64,000 nt of DNA from Phoronis australis (Eukaryota > Animalia > Phoronida). Below, in pieces: positions 27,194 through 40,014 of the stretch (position 1 is its first letter; each line of letters begins with the position of its first letter). Made by a program: the position numbers and the translations under genes. The notes beneath the pieces were generated by a model that was given only the letters and a program-made list of their open reading frames with translations, was not told the origin of the DNA and did no database searches. The DNA is taken from assembly GCA_002633005.1 (NCBI GenBank), contig NMRA01000143.1:67402-131401 (forward strand), given 5' to 3'.

Positions 27194-30100
27194 CTGCAAC
27201 AGGAGAAAGCGTGATGATCTTGCGCAGTAAAATTTCAAAAAGGACACAACACCTAGCCCCTGTAACGCAGATTAACTACTAAGTAACATGGGTCGCATTA
27301 TGTGCACTGGAGAACAGTTAAATACAGTTCTTTCAGAACTCAAATGTTTTATGCATAAAACGCTTGATGACGCCTTACGATGCCTTCTTTAGTCAGTTTG
27401 CGGGTCCTAATGGTTACTACTGTGAAAGAATTTCTGTCCTGTCAGGGCCTCAAACCCGAGATTCATTGCACTTTCGGTCATCATCCATGTCATCGCATGC
27501 TATGTCCTCAGAAACATCAAACGTTAGCCTGTAATATAGAAATTCAAAAATGTTCAAGTGTTTCTCTTGCTTAAATTGTTTAGCATCGGTCAGTCTGCAT
27601 TTATTGGATTTCAGCACATATCGCCTAACCACGATTAAGGTATAACATATAGAAACATAACCATGTATGACATGGTCTTTATACTTCGAACTCAGAAAAC
27701 AGACTTAGGAAATTCTACACAGAGCACACATTTATGACTTGATGTCAAGTAAAATACCACCACAAATTTGATGGATTGTGTATGCTACTGATAAAAACTC
27801 CTCAAAATCCCAACAATTTCAACGATGCTTTCGAATATAAACTTTTAAATTATACAGCACTCAAGTTCAAAAAAGAAAAAAATGTCAAATTCGGTGCAAA
27901 AAATGTAGCTGCAAAACTAGTGAATTCAACTCTGCCCACAGTATCTTCGAATAAGTTAGGAATACCAACTTGTCACGTTAAAAACACAAATATGACAAGA
28001 TTAGTCGCAGGATGACCTATGAGACCACACCTAAAGGGTGGTGCTTTCTCAAAAGGGTCACCAAAACTGCTGCCCATCTGCTTTTTGATGCATTCACTTT
28101 TAGTTACATTTCTGAAAATCACAAATATATACAATGCATGTACATGTATACTGAGAATGCAATATTCAGTCATGCTTAGAAGAGAAACGTCAGACATGTA
28201 GAAAAATTCATTTTTATCGGAATGTACCATGTATATTACATGCACGAAATATTTCACAATTCAATTATCACTTACAACACTAAACAATTTGTTGCCAAGA
28301 TAATTTATGAGCACTGACTAGTTTGGAAGTTGAGACAAATCTTTAACTTAAGTCAAAAATGAACTTAAGTCAGTTTATTTAAACAGACCCCAATACTTTC
28401 ACATCAACCTTGTAATGAATGGCCTGGATACATACCTCGAAGCTTCGTCGTCACAGGCTGAATCACTTTACATTGCATTGATTCCAGAAAGCTCAAGCCC
28501 ACTGAAAATACACCATTGGCATAACCACATTTAAGTAATAAAAAAGTTACATAGAGTTCAACATTTGTCAGCAACTACACAAGTGTACCAGGCAGTCGTA
28601 GGTACAAATTTTGAGTGATACGCACAAGCATCAAGTCTTACACATGAACTTCAAGTCAAGCGCAAAACATTGCATCATTAGGAAGAACACTTTATTCATA
28701 CGTACGAACCACAACATGATGTGTACAAACAAAAAACCATGCACACGAACTAACAAATCAAGCGTACGAACAAAATCAGACATTGTCAAATAAGCCGACG
28801 GCTTTTAAATTTTATGTCTTGACATCCTGTGTTCCTAAAGCACTGTCAGTAAATAATTCAGTAACACAGAGTACAAATATTCATTTTGAATAACAGTTTC
28901 GCACCTGAGTAATGTCGATGGATGTAAACCAGTTTGTGTTGATGAGACTAGTTTTGAGGTCCCAGGCTTCTTAACAGCAGTAGCACAGTCATATCTGTAA
29001 AGATAACATCAAACAAAATCTGGTTACTTTTGAAGTGTTTTAAGGACAATGCTTAGCGAGTAAGTTCAGAGTCAGTTCAGTAAAACAAGTTACAATATTT
29101 GCACAATAATTCAAGTGTACATAAGGTACAATAAAATCAAAATCAACGAAGAACAAAGTTATGAAAGCAAAATCTTGATGAAAATACAACCATTCAGTCC
29201 ATAGTCCAAGCCAGTTAAGACTTAATGAGTGCAAGTTCATTAATATTTAAAACAATGGCAAGCTGGAATGACTTGATTTAAATTCGTAACCCTCACAAAA
29301 AACTGACTTGGAGTTTTCATCGAACGCAAATTTCCATTCCATGTCGTGTATTATCATAGCCACCAATACTAGTAGGTGAAGATATAAGTAGACAACACAC
29401 ATTCATTGAAAAAGTAATTTCTAGAATACCTTTGAACTAACTGGGAAGTTGCAAGTGTTGCAGATACAGCTTCAGGTTTTGACTCTGTGGACACTTTTCT
29501 AGACATTGTTGCCAATCTTTCACGTTTTGCCACTTCATACCTACAGTGCAAAAATGAAATTACAAAAAACCAAGTTATAAACTACAGGTAGAGATGTCAA
29601 AGCATACAGGTGGTAAAATTCACCACCATAATAACCAAACTACATGAATCACCGTCACAAACATTGCGAGTGCAATTCATTACTTAATTTGTTTTTGTGA
29701 ATTGGAATTTGTAACCAAAAAATATCCTCAATTGATGTATTTTTAAATTTTGAAAATCCATCAACGAACGTTTCTGCTTTTACTTCGTAAACCTTTGTAG
29801 GGCAGCAAAATTTTGATTAATGGGGTTTTGGCAGTGGATTTTCTTCTAGATGTTGCATAATATCTTTCATGAAGGTAGGCCTCTTGATCTCTCAGATTAT
29901 AATGCCTCTTTATGTCAATATACATAGATCTGCAAATAAGGTACAAGAATTAAGGTAAACAAGGCTACAAACCCATGAGACATGACTTTGTACCTAAGTT
30001 GTAAGCACTAAATCTAGCAAAATGCACGACTTGCCACTAAAACAGAATTGCTGTCTGAACAGGGACATAACTCGTGGCACAGATGGTCTTCTAGGGGCAG

Positions 30101-31806
30101 CAAGAAGCCTTTCGGCAACTCGTACCTCGCACACACTAAACCATCAAAGTCATACTGCCTTACGTACCTTTATAACATAGACATGGTCACCTTAGGAAGC
30201 TGTCGATGACTTTAATTCCTTCCAACTTGAAAAAATACTTTGGTAATCAAAATTTCTTTATGGTAAGTTTCTTTGTTCAATTACAGTATCATTTTGCGCA
30301 GGTATGACTGATACAACTCTGGTTTCAAGCAGTAGCAAACTCTGGTGATCACCTGTGTAGTGCTTTAGTGATTAGTTTACTCTGTCATGGAGGTCGACCT
30401 CGATGTGATTTCAAATCGCTACAGCTGGGAAGAGTTTTAGACATTAACGTTCTCCTAAGGTTTCCCCTATCTACAAATGTTGGTTGCAGCAATATGAGTG
30501 TGGCACAATTCGTCAAAAAACTTCGAGCGTATGGAGGGCCTATTGGACTACTGCCGTCTCTACTGCAGTCAGTTGAGATGGCAGTACTATCTCAAAGTAA
30601 TATTGCTTAGGTGTTTCAAGAATTATCAAATGAAAACAACTAAGCAAGCCAGCAATATATGGCGATAAGTAGGTGTAATCTAAATATTGACTTAGCTAAT
30701 GTCAACAGACAAGGCAACTCGGTAAATTTATGTCTGAATCTTAACTTTCACATTCACTTTCTCAGAGAGTTCTCGGACCAAGTGCTACGTTATTGGATCG
30801 AGGTGATTTTGAAGTGCTGGGACCGCGCAATGTCCCGATAACTACCGAAGTATACAAAGCAGGAGCGAACAAATACTTACGCATCAAGCTAGCCTTGGTA
30901 CAAAGCTGTATACTATAGTCTTCATACAGCTTGCTGGGAGGCTAGCATCAAGCTGTCGTTTGGCCAGCTCGGAATTAGTGACCATTGGTTCACTTCTAAG
31001 AGATTCCCAGCGACCGTGCTCTGTACCCAAATAAATGTGTCGTTTATTAACTTTCAGCAGCAAGTTTTGCCGTCTTTTCTCTCTGAATCAGTTACCTTGG
31101 ACAAACGTTCTCTTCTTTGACATGTTTCCCTTTTGTTGGGGAATCGCTTCAAAAATGGCATTTAATATAGTTATATTGTTAATATCATAGCATTGTTACG
31201 GTGGTAACTTTTTGGCCCACTTTATGAACAAGACTTGGCGATTTGGATTATTTGCTGTGCAAAAAATTGATTAGTTTAAAAACTGTAAAGAAACGCTGAG
31301 ATTAATGAGCAAATTACTCTTAACGCGCTATTCTCTTAAGTGACAGTAAGAATTGTTGTTGACATGCGCAAGAGGCTTTAGAGTAGCTTCCAAAATAATA
31401 AAATGGAATGTTAGGAGTGTTTTCAGTGTCACTTAACCCTTAGTATTTATTAGCATGTCATATGGTCATGTTTTGGATACCATTGTGTTGTTAAGTCGCG
31501 GTGACGTGGAAAATTGAATTCAAAATGCTGTTTATTTCATTTAATATTCTGCGTTATTGTAATTTTTTAGCTCCAAAACGGCGTTTTGTGAGATGTCATT
31601 AATATTTAATCTAATATAATGTAGCTAAATTATTAATACCATTGCACTGCTACGGTGGTAACTTTTGGCCACTTTCAACAAGATTTGGTGATTTTAATTA
31701 TTTTTAAATGTCCTCCATTTTAAGGATATTTGATGCAGTACTAATGTATTTATTACTTCATTAAATTTGTTACATTTTCTGTAACTAACGTGTTTAACTA
31801 TTTCAG

Positions 31807-33196
31807 GATCAATCAACTTAAGCAATCCTCGCCTCGCCATAACCGGAAGGATTCAGCCAAGGGTGTTAATGTCCTGGCTTGGCGACGAAAGAAGTGAGGC
31901 CACGTCCAACGATGGGCTTTGGAGTCGATTCCTGATGCTGGCTCCAAAACCCAAATTCTTTGAGCCTGAAAGCGAGCCTGACGTATGGGAGGACATCCCG
32001 TCAGTTGCCATGGTGCTCGCGGCAGTCAGGGCGCAACACGTGGAGGACAGGAGATACACACTGTCAGAGGAGGCCAAGCGCCTGTTGAAGGAGGAAATTT
32101 CGTCCTACAACAGCTACACAGAAAGAAATTTACTCACTGATGAGTACATGTGTGGTGAGTTGGGAAAGTTGAAAACGTCTCTTTGATTGCAAATGTTCAT
32201 GATAACACAGTTGTAGTACTGTAGGTAAATATGAAAAAAGTAAGATGGAATTACACGAAATGTTTCTTTTATATACTTTATGCATTGTTGTGTTAAGCAC
32301 TATTAAGAATGATATGACATTGGTGTTATAACAAGACAGAAAATGTTACTATAGGTACATGTATTTACGATTCTGCAATTAGAAGTCTCTGTTATAGAAG
32401 AATGCTGTGGTTGATGTTGCTAAGAATGTTCTAAACTCGTTGGCAATAGTTAATGCAGTTTTTAATATTTTTGTAAATGATAGCATAACCGTGTGATCGA
32501 TATAATTTTCTCTTTATTTATAGGAGTGTATGCCAAGGCCAAAGGGCAGGTGGCAAGACTGTCGGGTATCCTTCAGGCAGCCGAGAATGCAGTCTTGCTT
32601 CTACAAGAGATGGGCAAGACAGCGAGAGACGTGCGTAATGTGGACGCGGACTTCCTGGCTTCCCTAGCGGAAGAAATCGGAAAGAGGGATGTCGCAGAAA
32701 TTATATCTGAATCATCAGCGCGACACGCCATCACGCTACTTCAGATATTTACTGCTCACAAGCGGTAATTGTCTGGAGTAGTATGCACTAGCGACTTCCA
32801 AACGGACATGGCGTGTGCACGAGCATTGCTGTTGTACTCAGCGCCATCATTCAGCATGACGCAGATTTTGCGGTAGAAAAAAGGGGCCTTACGTCGTCAA
32901 CCTACAGGGCGATGATGGAAAGATTGGCGGCGGAAGAGCTCGGTGAACTGAAACTGCAACCAAGCCAATATAACAACAAGGTTTCGGTGACTTTTGTTAA
33001 GAGGCCTCTACCAGATGATCTGGAAGAGGAGGAGGAGTTTCGGTCGAAACTGGAGACGTATGGTGTTGGGTGGGCTGAGTACAGTACATCAGTAGCAGAT
33101 ACGCCAGCTAGGCCTGCGAAGAGGCGCCTATTTGAGGCTGATGAGGATGGGACGTCGCCCACTGCTGCGGAGGCCAGTACCTCTGTGCCTCTGTAG
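31807..33196 (+). pseudogene. Intron-containing DUF3987 (YfjI-like, MCM-related AAA+) gene remnant, C-terminal half
   Basis: Exon 31807-32154 (TTTCAG| ... G|GTGAGT): SINLSNPRLAITGRIQPRVL...NDGLWSRFLMLAP...YTLSEEAK. Phase-matched exon from 32524 (TATAG|): GVYAKAKGQVARLSGILQAAE...ISESSARHAITLL. Then stop at 32766 and a frame change near 32875 before ...FVKRPLP..EEFRSKLETYGV to TAG 33196. Exons are GC-richer than the introns. Confidence 0.7.
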
Positions 33197-34007
33197 GCGT
33201 GATGAATTAATTCACTTTTGGTAGACGTGTTTCATGTAAAATTTGAACAAGTGCAATTCATTTGTCAGCCATATTGTTTCCTCATTTAGTGACATTATAC
33301 TAGTGATATTTATGATTAAGTCATCGGCCCATTTATCTCGTATTACGATCACGACCTGCGAGGTGTTGCAAGATTCTTTAATTTAATGTTTGGATTACCG
33401 TTTGATGGCATGTATATTTTCAGCTCTAGCTTCATATTCAGTTATTAGAAGTGTTTAAATTTATTTCTGGTTAAACCATTTTACTTCACAATGCTTATTA
33501 CTATCGATATGGTTTTTGTATATGTCGCAGTAACTGGGTGATATGTAGCAATGAAACTGGTTTCGTTTTTGGGGAGAGGCTTTGCCGCTAGTGGTTTATT
33601 TAATTTGTTCATTCACACTGTTGTTTATTTGATAGACAACAATGAAAATGCGATGAATGCTTACTCATGCACTTTGTAGTAAATGAATGATATGCAGAGA
33701 TGTTACTCGAAATTGTTGATTTTTCCTAATTTTTTTAGATTTTATCATCACTTAATGTGAAAACGTTTACATTTATTACAGTATTTTGAATTCTTTTGAC
33801 AGTTTTTGATATCCTGTGTATATTCACTAAATAACGGGTAAGCGAAATTGCCAGACACTTATGTTTTGAATGATCACGTTATTTTGATTTGTTTTGGTAA
33901 TTTCTATTATGGCATTCATTATAGAACGGGTAGGCGATGTGTAAGAAAGTATTTGACATGTATTTTAAATGATGTGTTTGTAACTTATTCAGCTATATCA
34001 AATAAAA

Positions 34008-34269
34008 AATTGCCTTAACAAAAAAACTCTTTTGGGTTATACTTGGCGGGTTAATTATACTTGGCCTATCTGTTGACTTTAATTGCCATAACAAAAACAT
34101 TTCTTGGGTTATACTGAGCGGGTTAATTATACAAAACTCTTCCTGGGTTATACTTGGCGGGTTAATTATACAAAACTCTTCCTGGGTTATACTTGGCGGG
34201 TTAGTTATACAAAACTCTTCCTGGGTTATACTTGGCGGGTTAGTTATACTTAGCCTATCTGTTGACTTT
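34008..34269. repeat. 39-bp tandem array inside a 73-bp higher-order repeat
   Basis: AAAACTCTTCCTGGGTTATACTTGGCGGGTTA(A/G)TTATAC at 34133-34171, 34172-34210 and 34211-34249; diverged copies at ~34023 and ~34093. CCTATCTGTTGACTTT closes both higher-order units. Confidence 0.9.
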
Positions 34270-34271
34270 GG

Positions 34272-34690
34272 TTGCTTTTTCGTCTTTGCGAAAACGTTTA
34301 TTTATGAAACATTTAAGTACACAAAGCACCAAGATTGCTCTACGATGAGGATAAGTTGGAGTAGATTCAAGTAAACTTCTGACAACAGATGGCAACACGA
34401 TAGCCGTTAACGTTTGACAACATATATCAGCACAATTGCAATGCTATGCGCAAACGTTTAGTTTAGATAAATATAAGAATACAAAAATATTCGTGTCAAT
34501 GCCGAATCAAGTCTTTGTTATGCTTTTTCCTCTTTGCAAAAACGTTTATTTATGAAAAATTTAAGTACACAAAGCACCAAGATTGCTCTACGATGAGGAT
34601 AAGTTGGAGTAGATTCAAGTAAACTTCTGACAACAGATGGCAGCACGGTAGCCGTTAACGTTTGACAACATACATCAGCACAATTGCAAT
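34272..34690. repeat. Direct repeat of ~175 bp with 248-bp period
   Basis: 34272-34445 and 34520-34690 are nearly identical (e.g. CAACAGATGGCA at 34383 and 34631). Confidence 0.85.
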
Positions 34691-35766
34691 ACTAGTAATA
34701 CTTCAGATGGCGCTACAATTGGTTGAATTAGTTGAATAGGCCATTTGAGGTGATGGTGGAAATAAGAGGGTGTAGTGTGGCAAACAACGCTCAACAGATG
34801 GCACCATGGTACAACTAATCTTAACTATGTTGAAGGACGACAGAGGGCATGGCGTTGGCAGGATAAGTTGAGATAGATTGGGATTAGTTGGATACAACTA
34901 AAGATTCTGACATGTATGCTTTTCTTCAATGCCCAGCTTTCCACAGTCAAACATCTCGTCTCGTATTGTCTTGTAAAACCGCGCCTGCGATTATTAACGC
35001 AGCACTGTCCTCAGACACATAGTTTAAATCAATAATAGTCCACTACAGATCAGTTGAGTGATCAAATTTCAAGTAATGGTCCAATCATGAAGTATCGCAG
35101 GGGCAGGCACAAAATGCAACACAGTCACAGATTTGTCCAACCATATGTTAATCGCAGAAAAATGAAGAAGCGATCAGAGCGCAATGACTAAGACAGATTC
35201 AAGTCAGACGTTACCCAGTAGGCCTATTCTGAGCAAGTAACTTAACAACAGAACACAATCGTTAGCTCCATCACGACACGACGTAGACTATAAAGCACAT
35301 TGGGTGGCAAAGTATTCACTCCACAACACTGACCTTTATCTTGACACTGACTCAGCTGTTCGTTTGTCGAATGACTGAGCGCATGCGCGCATTTATCATC
35401 AATGATTGACAGCTTTAGGTGGTTACCACATAAACTTTTCTTCGTACTTCTTTCAAAAACCATGAATTGAGTGATGTTTTTTCTGGAAATTCCTTCTCAG
35501 GGGGAAGTGGATAACTCTGTAGTAAAGGTTGCAAGAAGGTACTTTCGTCAGGGATCGTTTAAAACGTATTTTTCACGAGTTTTCGCGGTCCATGCCACTT
35601 TAAGCCTTGCAACTACCGCAGACAGCTTTTTCATTTACATAACTTGTGTTCCAAGGGTTAACAACCATATCGAGCGTGCCTGTAAACGCTTATTTACAAA
35701 CAGGTTACATGTCTATGCCACACTGGCAAGGCACAGGTATTAAAATGTAGGTCACAAGCAAATACA

Positions 35767-36441
35767 CTATTGTTCAGGAGTCACGGAGTTGACTGCACAC
35801 CGTAGCAAACGCTGGTGGCAGTGCCTTAAACTAAAACATCTGCTGTTACAATTACCATTATCACCGTTGTCATCAATGTCACCCCCCTCTTCTTCATTAT
35901 CATCCCCACCATCATCACCGTCATCATCATCATGTAGGTCACATGCAAATAGACTATTGTTCAGCAATACCATCACACAGTTGAATGCACTGCATAGTAA
36001 AGCCTCTAAATCAATACAATTATTATCATCACCATCAACATCACCACCATCATCACCATCCCCACCTTCTTCACTATCATCACCACCCTCGTCAGCATCG
36101 TCATCATCATTATCATCATTATCATCATCATCATCATCATTATAGCCATTAGCGCGATTATCATCATCACCGTCAATGGCATCCTCATTACCATGGATTT
36201 TTAAAAGATCTACCACGTTCTTGATCTTGACATTACACCCAATCCCAACGCTGCCATCCGGCGGAACTTCCATTTCGCGTCTGCAGTACGGGCATGGGTA
36301 TTTGCCGTGTTCAGAGCGTGCTCTTCTATCATTCTGGAGACATTTCAAGCACAAGCTGTGTCCACAGAGTAACGTCTCTTTGCAGATGCAGCATTCCAAT
36401 ATCCCATCGTCAACGATAGTGTCTCGAAGATTTTTCGCCAT
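35767..36441 (-). CDS. TRIM-type RING finger (C3HC4, shortened first loop) fused to an Asp/Gly-rich tail; possibly a pseudogene
   Basis: LECCIC-KETLL-CGHSLCLKC...CPYCRR..VPPDG..CNVKIKNVVDLL resembles TRIM2/3/56-like N-termini. Acceptor TTTTTGTAG lies 12 nt upstream of the ATG. Only 5 residues separate Cys2 and Cys3 (usually 9 or more); no B-box follows. Confidence 0.6.
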   Translation of the reverse strand: MAKNLRDTIVDDGILECCICKETLLCGHSLCLKCLQNDRRARSEHGKYPCPYCRREMEVPPDGSVGIGCNVKIKNVVDLLKIHGNEDAIDGDDDNRANGYNDDDDDDNDDNDDDDADEGGDDSEEGGDGDDGGDVDGDDNNCIDLEALLCSAFNCVMVLLNNSLFACDLHDDDDGDDGGDDNEEEGGDIDDNGDNGNCNSRCFSLRHCHQRLLRCAVNSVTPEQ

Positions 36442-36574
36442 TGTATCACAAATCTACAAAAATTTGTAAACCTGTTCTTTATTTCAGCAAGTTCATGTAC
36501 AGATACTATTTTCCTGAATCAAAAGTAGTAGGTCTAAATGATTATAAGCTGTTTTTCTAATATTTCGTCGAGAT

Positions 36575-37020
36575 TTTAGAGTATCATCCGACCACTTTGA
36601 AAATCCCCTAGAAAGGATGGGACCAATGAGTTTTGAAAAGAGGACCACATTTCGCGAACCACTATCCACGTTTATAGAAATAAAACATTTGTTTCTGTGC
36701 TCAAAAGGAAGTTTGATTCAAGCAACTTCAGAAAATTATCATCACCACCAACACCACCATCATCACCAACATCATCATCGTCATCACTATCAAAACCAAC
36801 ACCAATATTATCATCGTTATCGTCGTCATCACCACTATCATCAACACCTTCTTTATCATCATCATCTTCTTCTTCATCATGGCTGCATGCCACTCTCATC
36901 GCCTTCATCATTGTCGTCGTCATCGTCTTCTTCATCAATGTGTTTGTCATATTGATGACCATTTTAGTTTGTGTTCAAGAAGTTTATTTTATCACATACA
37001 TATCGTTAATTGTACACCTC
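36575..37020 (-). repeat. Asp-rich triplet segment with unique flanks, paralogous to 59770-60270
   Basis: Flanks align (TTTGAAAATCC..TAGAAAG.ATGGGACCAAT; TTCAAGCAACTTCAGAAAATTATCA; GAAGTTTATTTTA.CACATACAT) around a degenerate (CAT/CAC)n tract reading D/G-rich..NFLKLLE on the - strand. Confidence 0.8.
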
Positions 37021-37189
37021 CCAACACGCACACACAAACTAAAAGTCCACATATTTACAAATCTTGTTTCAGCCGTAAAATGTTAATTAATAAACTCAAT
37101 ATATGCTCACGCTTTGCCTCCCCCCTCCCGCCATAAATCCGCCTGAGGTTCCCGTATTGTACTTGACCGTCTAGCGACACATATTTCCG

Positions 37190-37372
37190 TTGTGTTCTGG
37201 CTTTCGAGTCTGGGGTGTTGTGGCTTCTCTGTGGTGCTGTGACTTCTCTGAGTGTTGTAACCATGAGAGTAGTGGCTTCTGGGGTGTTGTAAATTAGTGA
37301 GGGTGTTGTGGGGAGTTTGTGGGCTGTTTTGGTGTTTGTGAGGTGTTGTTGTGTTTGTGGGGTGTTGTGGCA
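37190..37372. repeat. Degenerate GT-rich minisatellite
   Basis: Recurrent GGTGTTGTG/GGTGTTGTA units with variable 15-25 bp spacing. Confidence 0.6.
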
Positions 37373-38181
37373 CCAATACACGTCCATAATATCAGGAAGA
37401 GATAACCAGGAAGGGACAACTAGCTAAACCGCCGTTTTTGGTCTCTTTCTCCGGACTAATATCAGGAGTTAAGTTTCATTTAAAAGAAAACAGATGATTT
37501 CATCAGAGAGAATAAAGCTTTTTCTATAGAAAGATGTCAAAAAAACTCACTTTTCAACTTTAAACAGTGGTGTAATCGTACCTTGAAAATAGCGACTTCA
37601 GCGCACGCAATCGCAATTTCCCACACGCAGTCACGGGTATTTAAGCTTTTCCGTCGATGTATAGATGGCGCAGTAATCAAGTCCTCCCTCATTAGCATAT
37701 CAAATTTGCATGCTGTAAATGGGAGTTTTCGAGATTCTCGTCAGTTGTTACATCGAAATGGCATAGTTATAACGGGTGTTTGTGACAAAAGAATTTCATT
37801 GTGACGGATTTTATCCAGCAAGCTAGGATACTTCTGTGGGACACGTTTGTCTCGGCTCCGTTAATGAAGTAATGTTTGAGGAGTTGTCCGGCTTCTTCCA
37901 TGAACTAAAGCGGAATATTGCGGATCGAATCGCCAGGAAACGGTGGCGAAGAGCGAGGACGGCGTAGTGTTCCGCGTGAGGCAAACGCGACCCAGTCGCA
38001 AAATTACCTTTTTACTCTCGCGACATCTAGCGCCCAGATTACCGATGTAGCTCTTTGACCTCCTTCTGATTCTGACAGACTGCGATTGAAAGCGACTATA
38101 CAAGCGACATTTACCTGCCTTGTGTCATTTTGTCATTTATCATTAGTTTGTAGCTCCATGGTTAAAGGTCTAGAGCAGACA

Positions 38182-38424
38182 ATTGTTTTGTAACCTGGCT
38201 TAGTTAGTAACCGTTCGTTGTGTATTAGGTCTAATTTTCATACTATTCAAGTGTTCCACTAACTCATAAATTTGGTTGTAGACTTTCAGACGCTTGATGA
38301 TTGTTTTGTAACCTGGCTTAGACTTAGTAACCGTTCGTTATGTATTAATTTGGGCCTAATTTTCATAATTATTTTAAGTGTTCCAGCAACTCATAAATTT
38401 GGTTGTAGACTTCCAGTCGCTTGA
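38182..38424. repeat. Two tandem ~120-bp copies
   Basis: ATTGTTTTGTAACCTGGCTTAG...GGTTGTAGACTT.CAG.CGCTTGA at 38182-38298 and 38300-38424. Confidence 0.85.
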
Positions 38425-40014
38425 CCTGCAATAAATCATCAAGTGAGAGTGAGGGCGAGTCCATAAGATTATTACGTCTCAATTGAAGTGTTTTTCTGGA
38501 ACAAATTGCCCGCATCAATAAGATGTTACAATGTGCCAGAACCGTTTCGATGTTGTGTCATGTCTTTTGCATCGCGTTGGCAATTATAGTTATCCAACCT
38601 CAGGGTATCGAACCATTCAGCTAATGGGCAATTTCCCTTCAGCAAGTGGCTAACAGAGACTCGTAGAATTCACTGGAAGTAAATTTAAAACTCAACCATT
38701 AGGTTTTTGACTAAGGCTTGTATACATAGTAATGTATGTTTTTTGCATGTGTATCTTCTATGTGTACCTCTATGTAAATAATTCTCTAAACATGTATTTT
38801 CTATCTGTAAGTAGCACTTGTGCTAATGTCTCTTTTGTTGTATCTACCCACACCCTGATACGCTTTACCTATACCTACACTTACCAAGTCCGGGGTTTGT
38901 TGAAAAAACTAAATTGTGATTTAGGCCACTTATTGCCTGCCCTTTGATCTTGTAAGGAACACTGATAACTGTACATGACTTAATTGGCCACAGTATTTTA
39001 CAGTCCACACACAGGTTGTACTGTATTTTTGATAAGAGTGGACTTTTATTTGTAAAATTAATTTAAGCTTGGGTTTAAGATATAACTAGTTAACATTAAC
39101 ACAAGTGATAGTTGACTGTAATAACACGTGAAAGTGATCTACTCCCTTCACGTTGGAGAGGCACCAATCATGTCCGCATATCAACTGTGCTGTTAACCCA
39201 TGTCGATACCAAACTGTTTGATTCGTGAACTGTGTTTTACATCGGTTCTTGAAGGCGAGTGTGAGTGAAACTTTTCGAAAAGGATGGCAAATGTTACATG
39301 TGGACAGATGGTGAATTTCCATCCATTGTCTTTTGAGAATAATTCACTCACGCTTTCTACTTTCAGTCCTTCTGTGTTACAAACTAGTTTTTCCGAACAT
39401 GGATATATTGCAGATGCTCCAGTTAATAGAACCAATAAGGACCTGGTGGGAATGTTGCTTCAAATTTTACAATCCCTGAAGAGTATCACGTGCTGCTTGC
39501 TGGTCAAATATTATTTGTGCACTTTTGCACTTGTCTGTCATTTATTGTTATAGGGAAACCATACTTTTTTAAACACCTGTATGTTGTGTTATCATTCAGA
39601 AACCAGGAAACGGACTAAAACAAATTGTATATGAGTACTGTGCCTCATATTCCAGATTACTCGTCTTCTCATCTCAAACACCCATCCACAAAATGAGAGT
39701 CAAAATTCTAAAAAAAACTTTCTGTAATGATTCAGTGCCAAGCGTGCTTTCTGACTTACACCGTCCTGTTTTACTAATGAGGGCAGCCTGTCGAGCAAAT
39801 GAAAGAACTCTGCAACCATCTCAAAAAGCATTCTATCACATCTTCTACATTTGAGGATGAAGATGCTTGTTTGTCTCCTATGCCTTACTTTCTAATTAAA
39901 AAACTACAAGACTTGTAGAATTCTAAGAAACCTGGTTTGGCAAAAATTGCAAAGCATAAGCTTTCCTCTAAACCGTCAAAGCATAGGCTAAAAACAAGTT
40001 TGAAACATTTCTTG

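Noticed and set aside
34023-34249. CRISPR array
   Set aside because: Units abut without unique spacers; eukaryotic context and no cas genes.
36617-37136. His-rich, Ser-rich and Ile/Thr-rich ORFs (also 59873-60229, 58822-59070)
   Set aside because: Alternative frames of triplet-repeat tracts, which are stop-free by composition.
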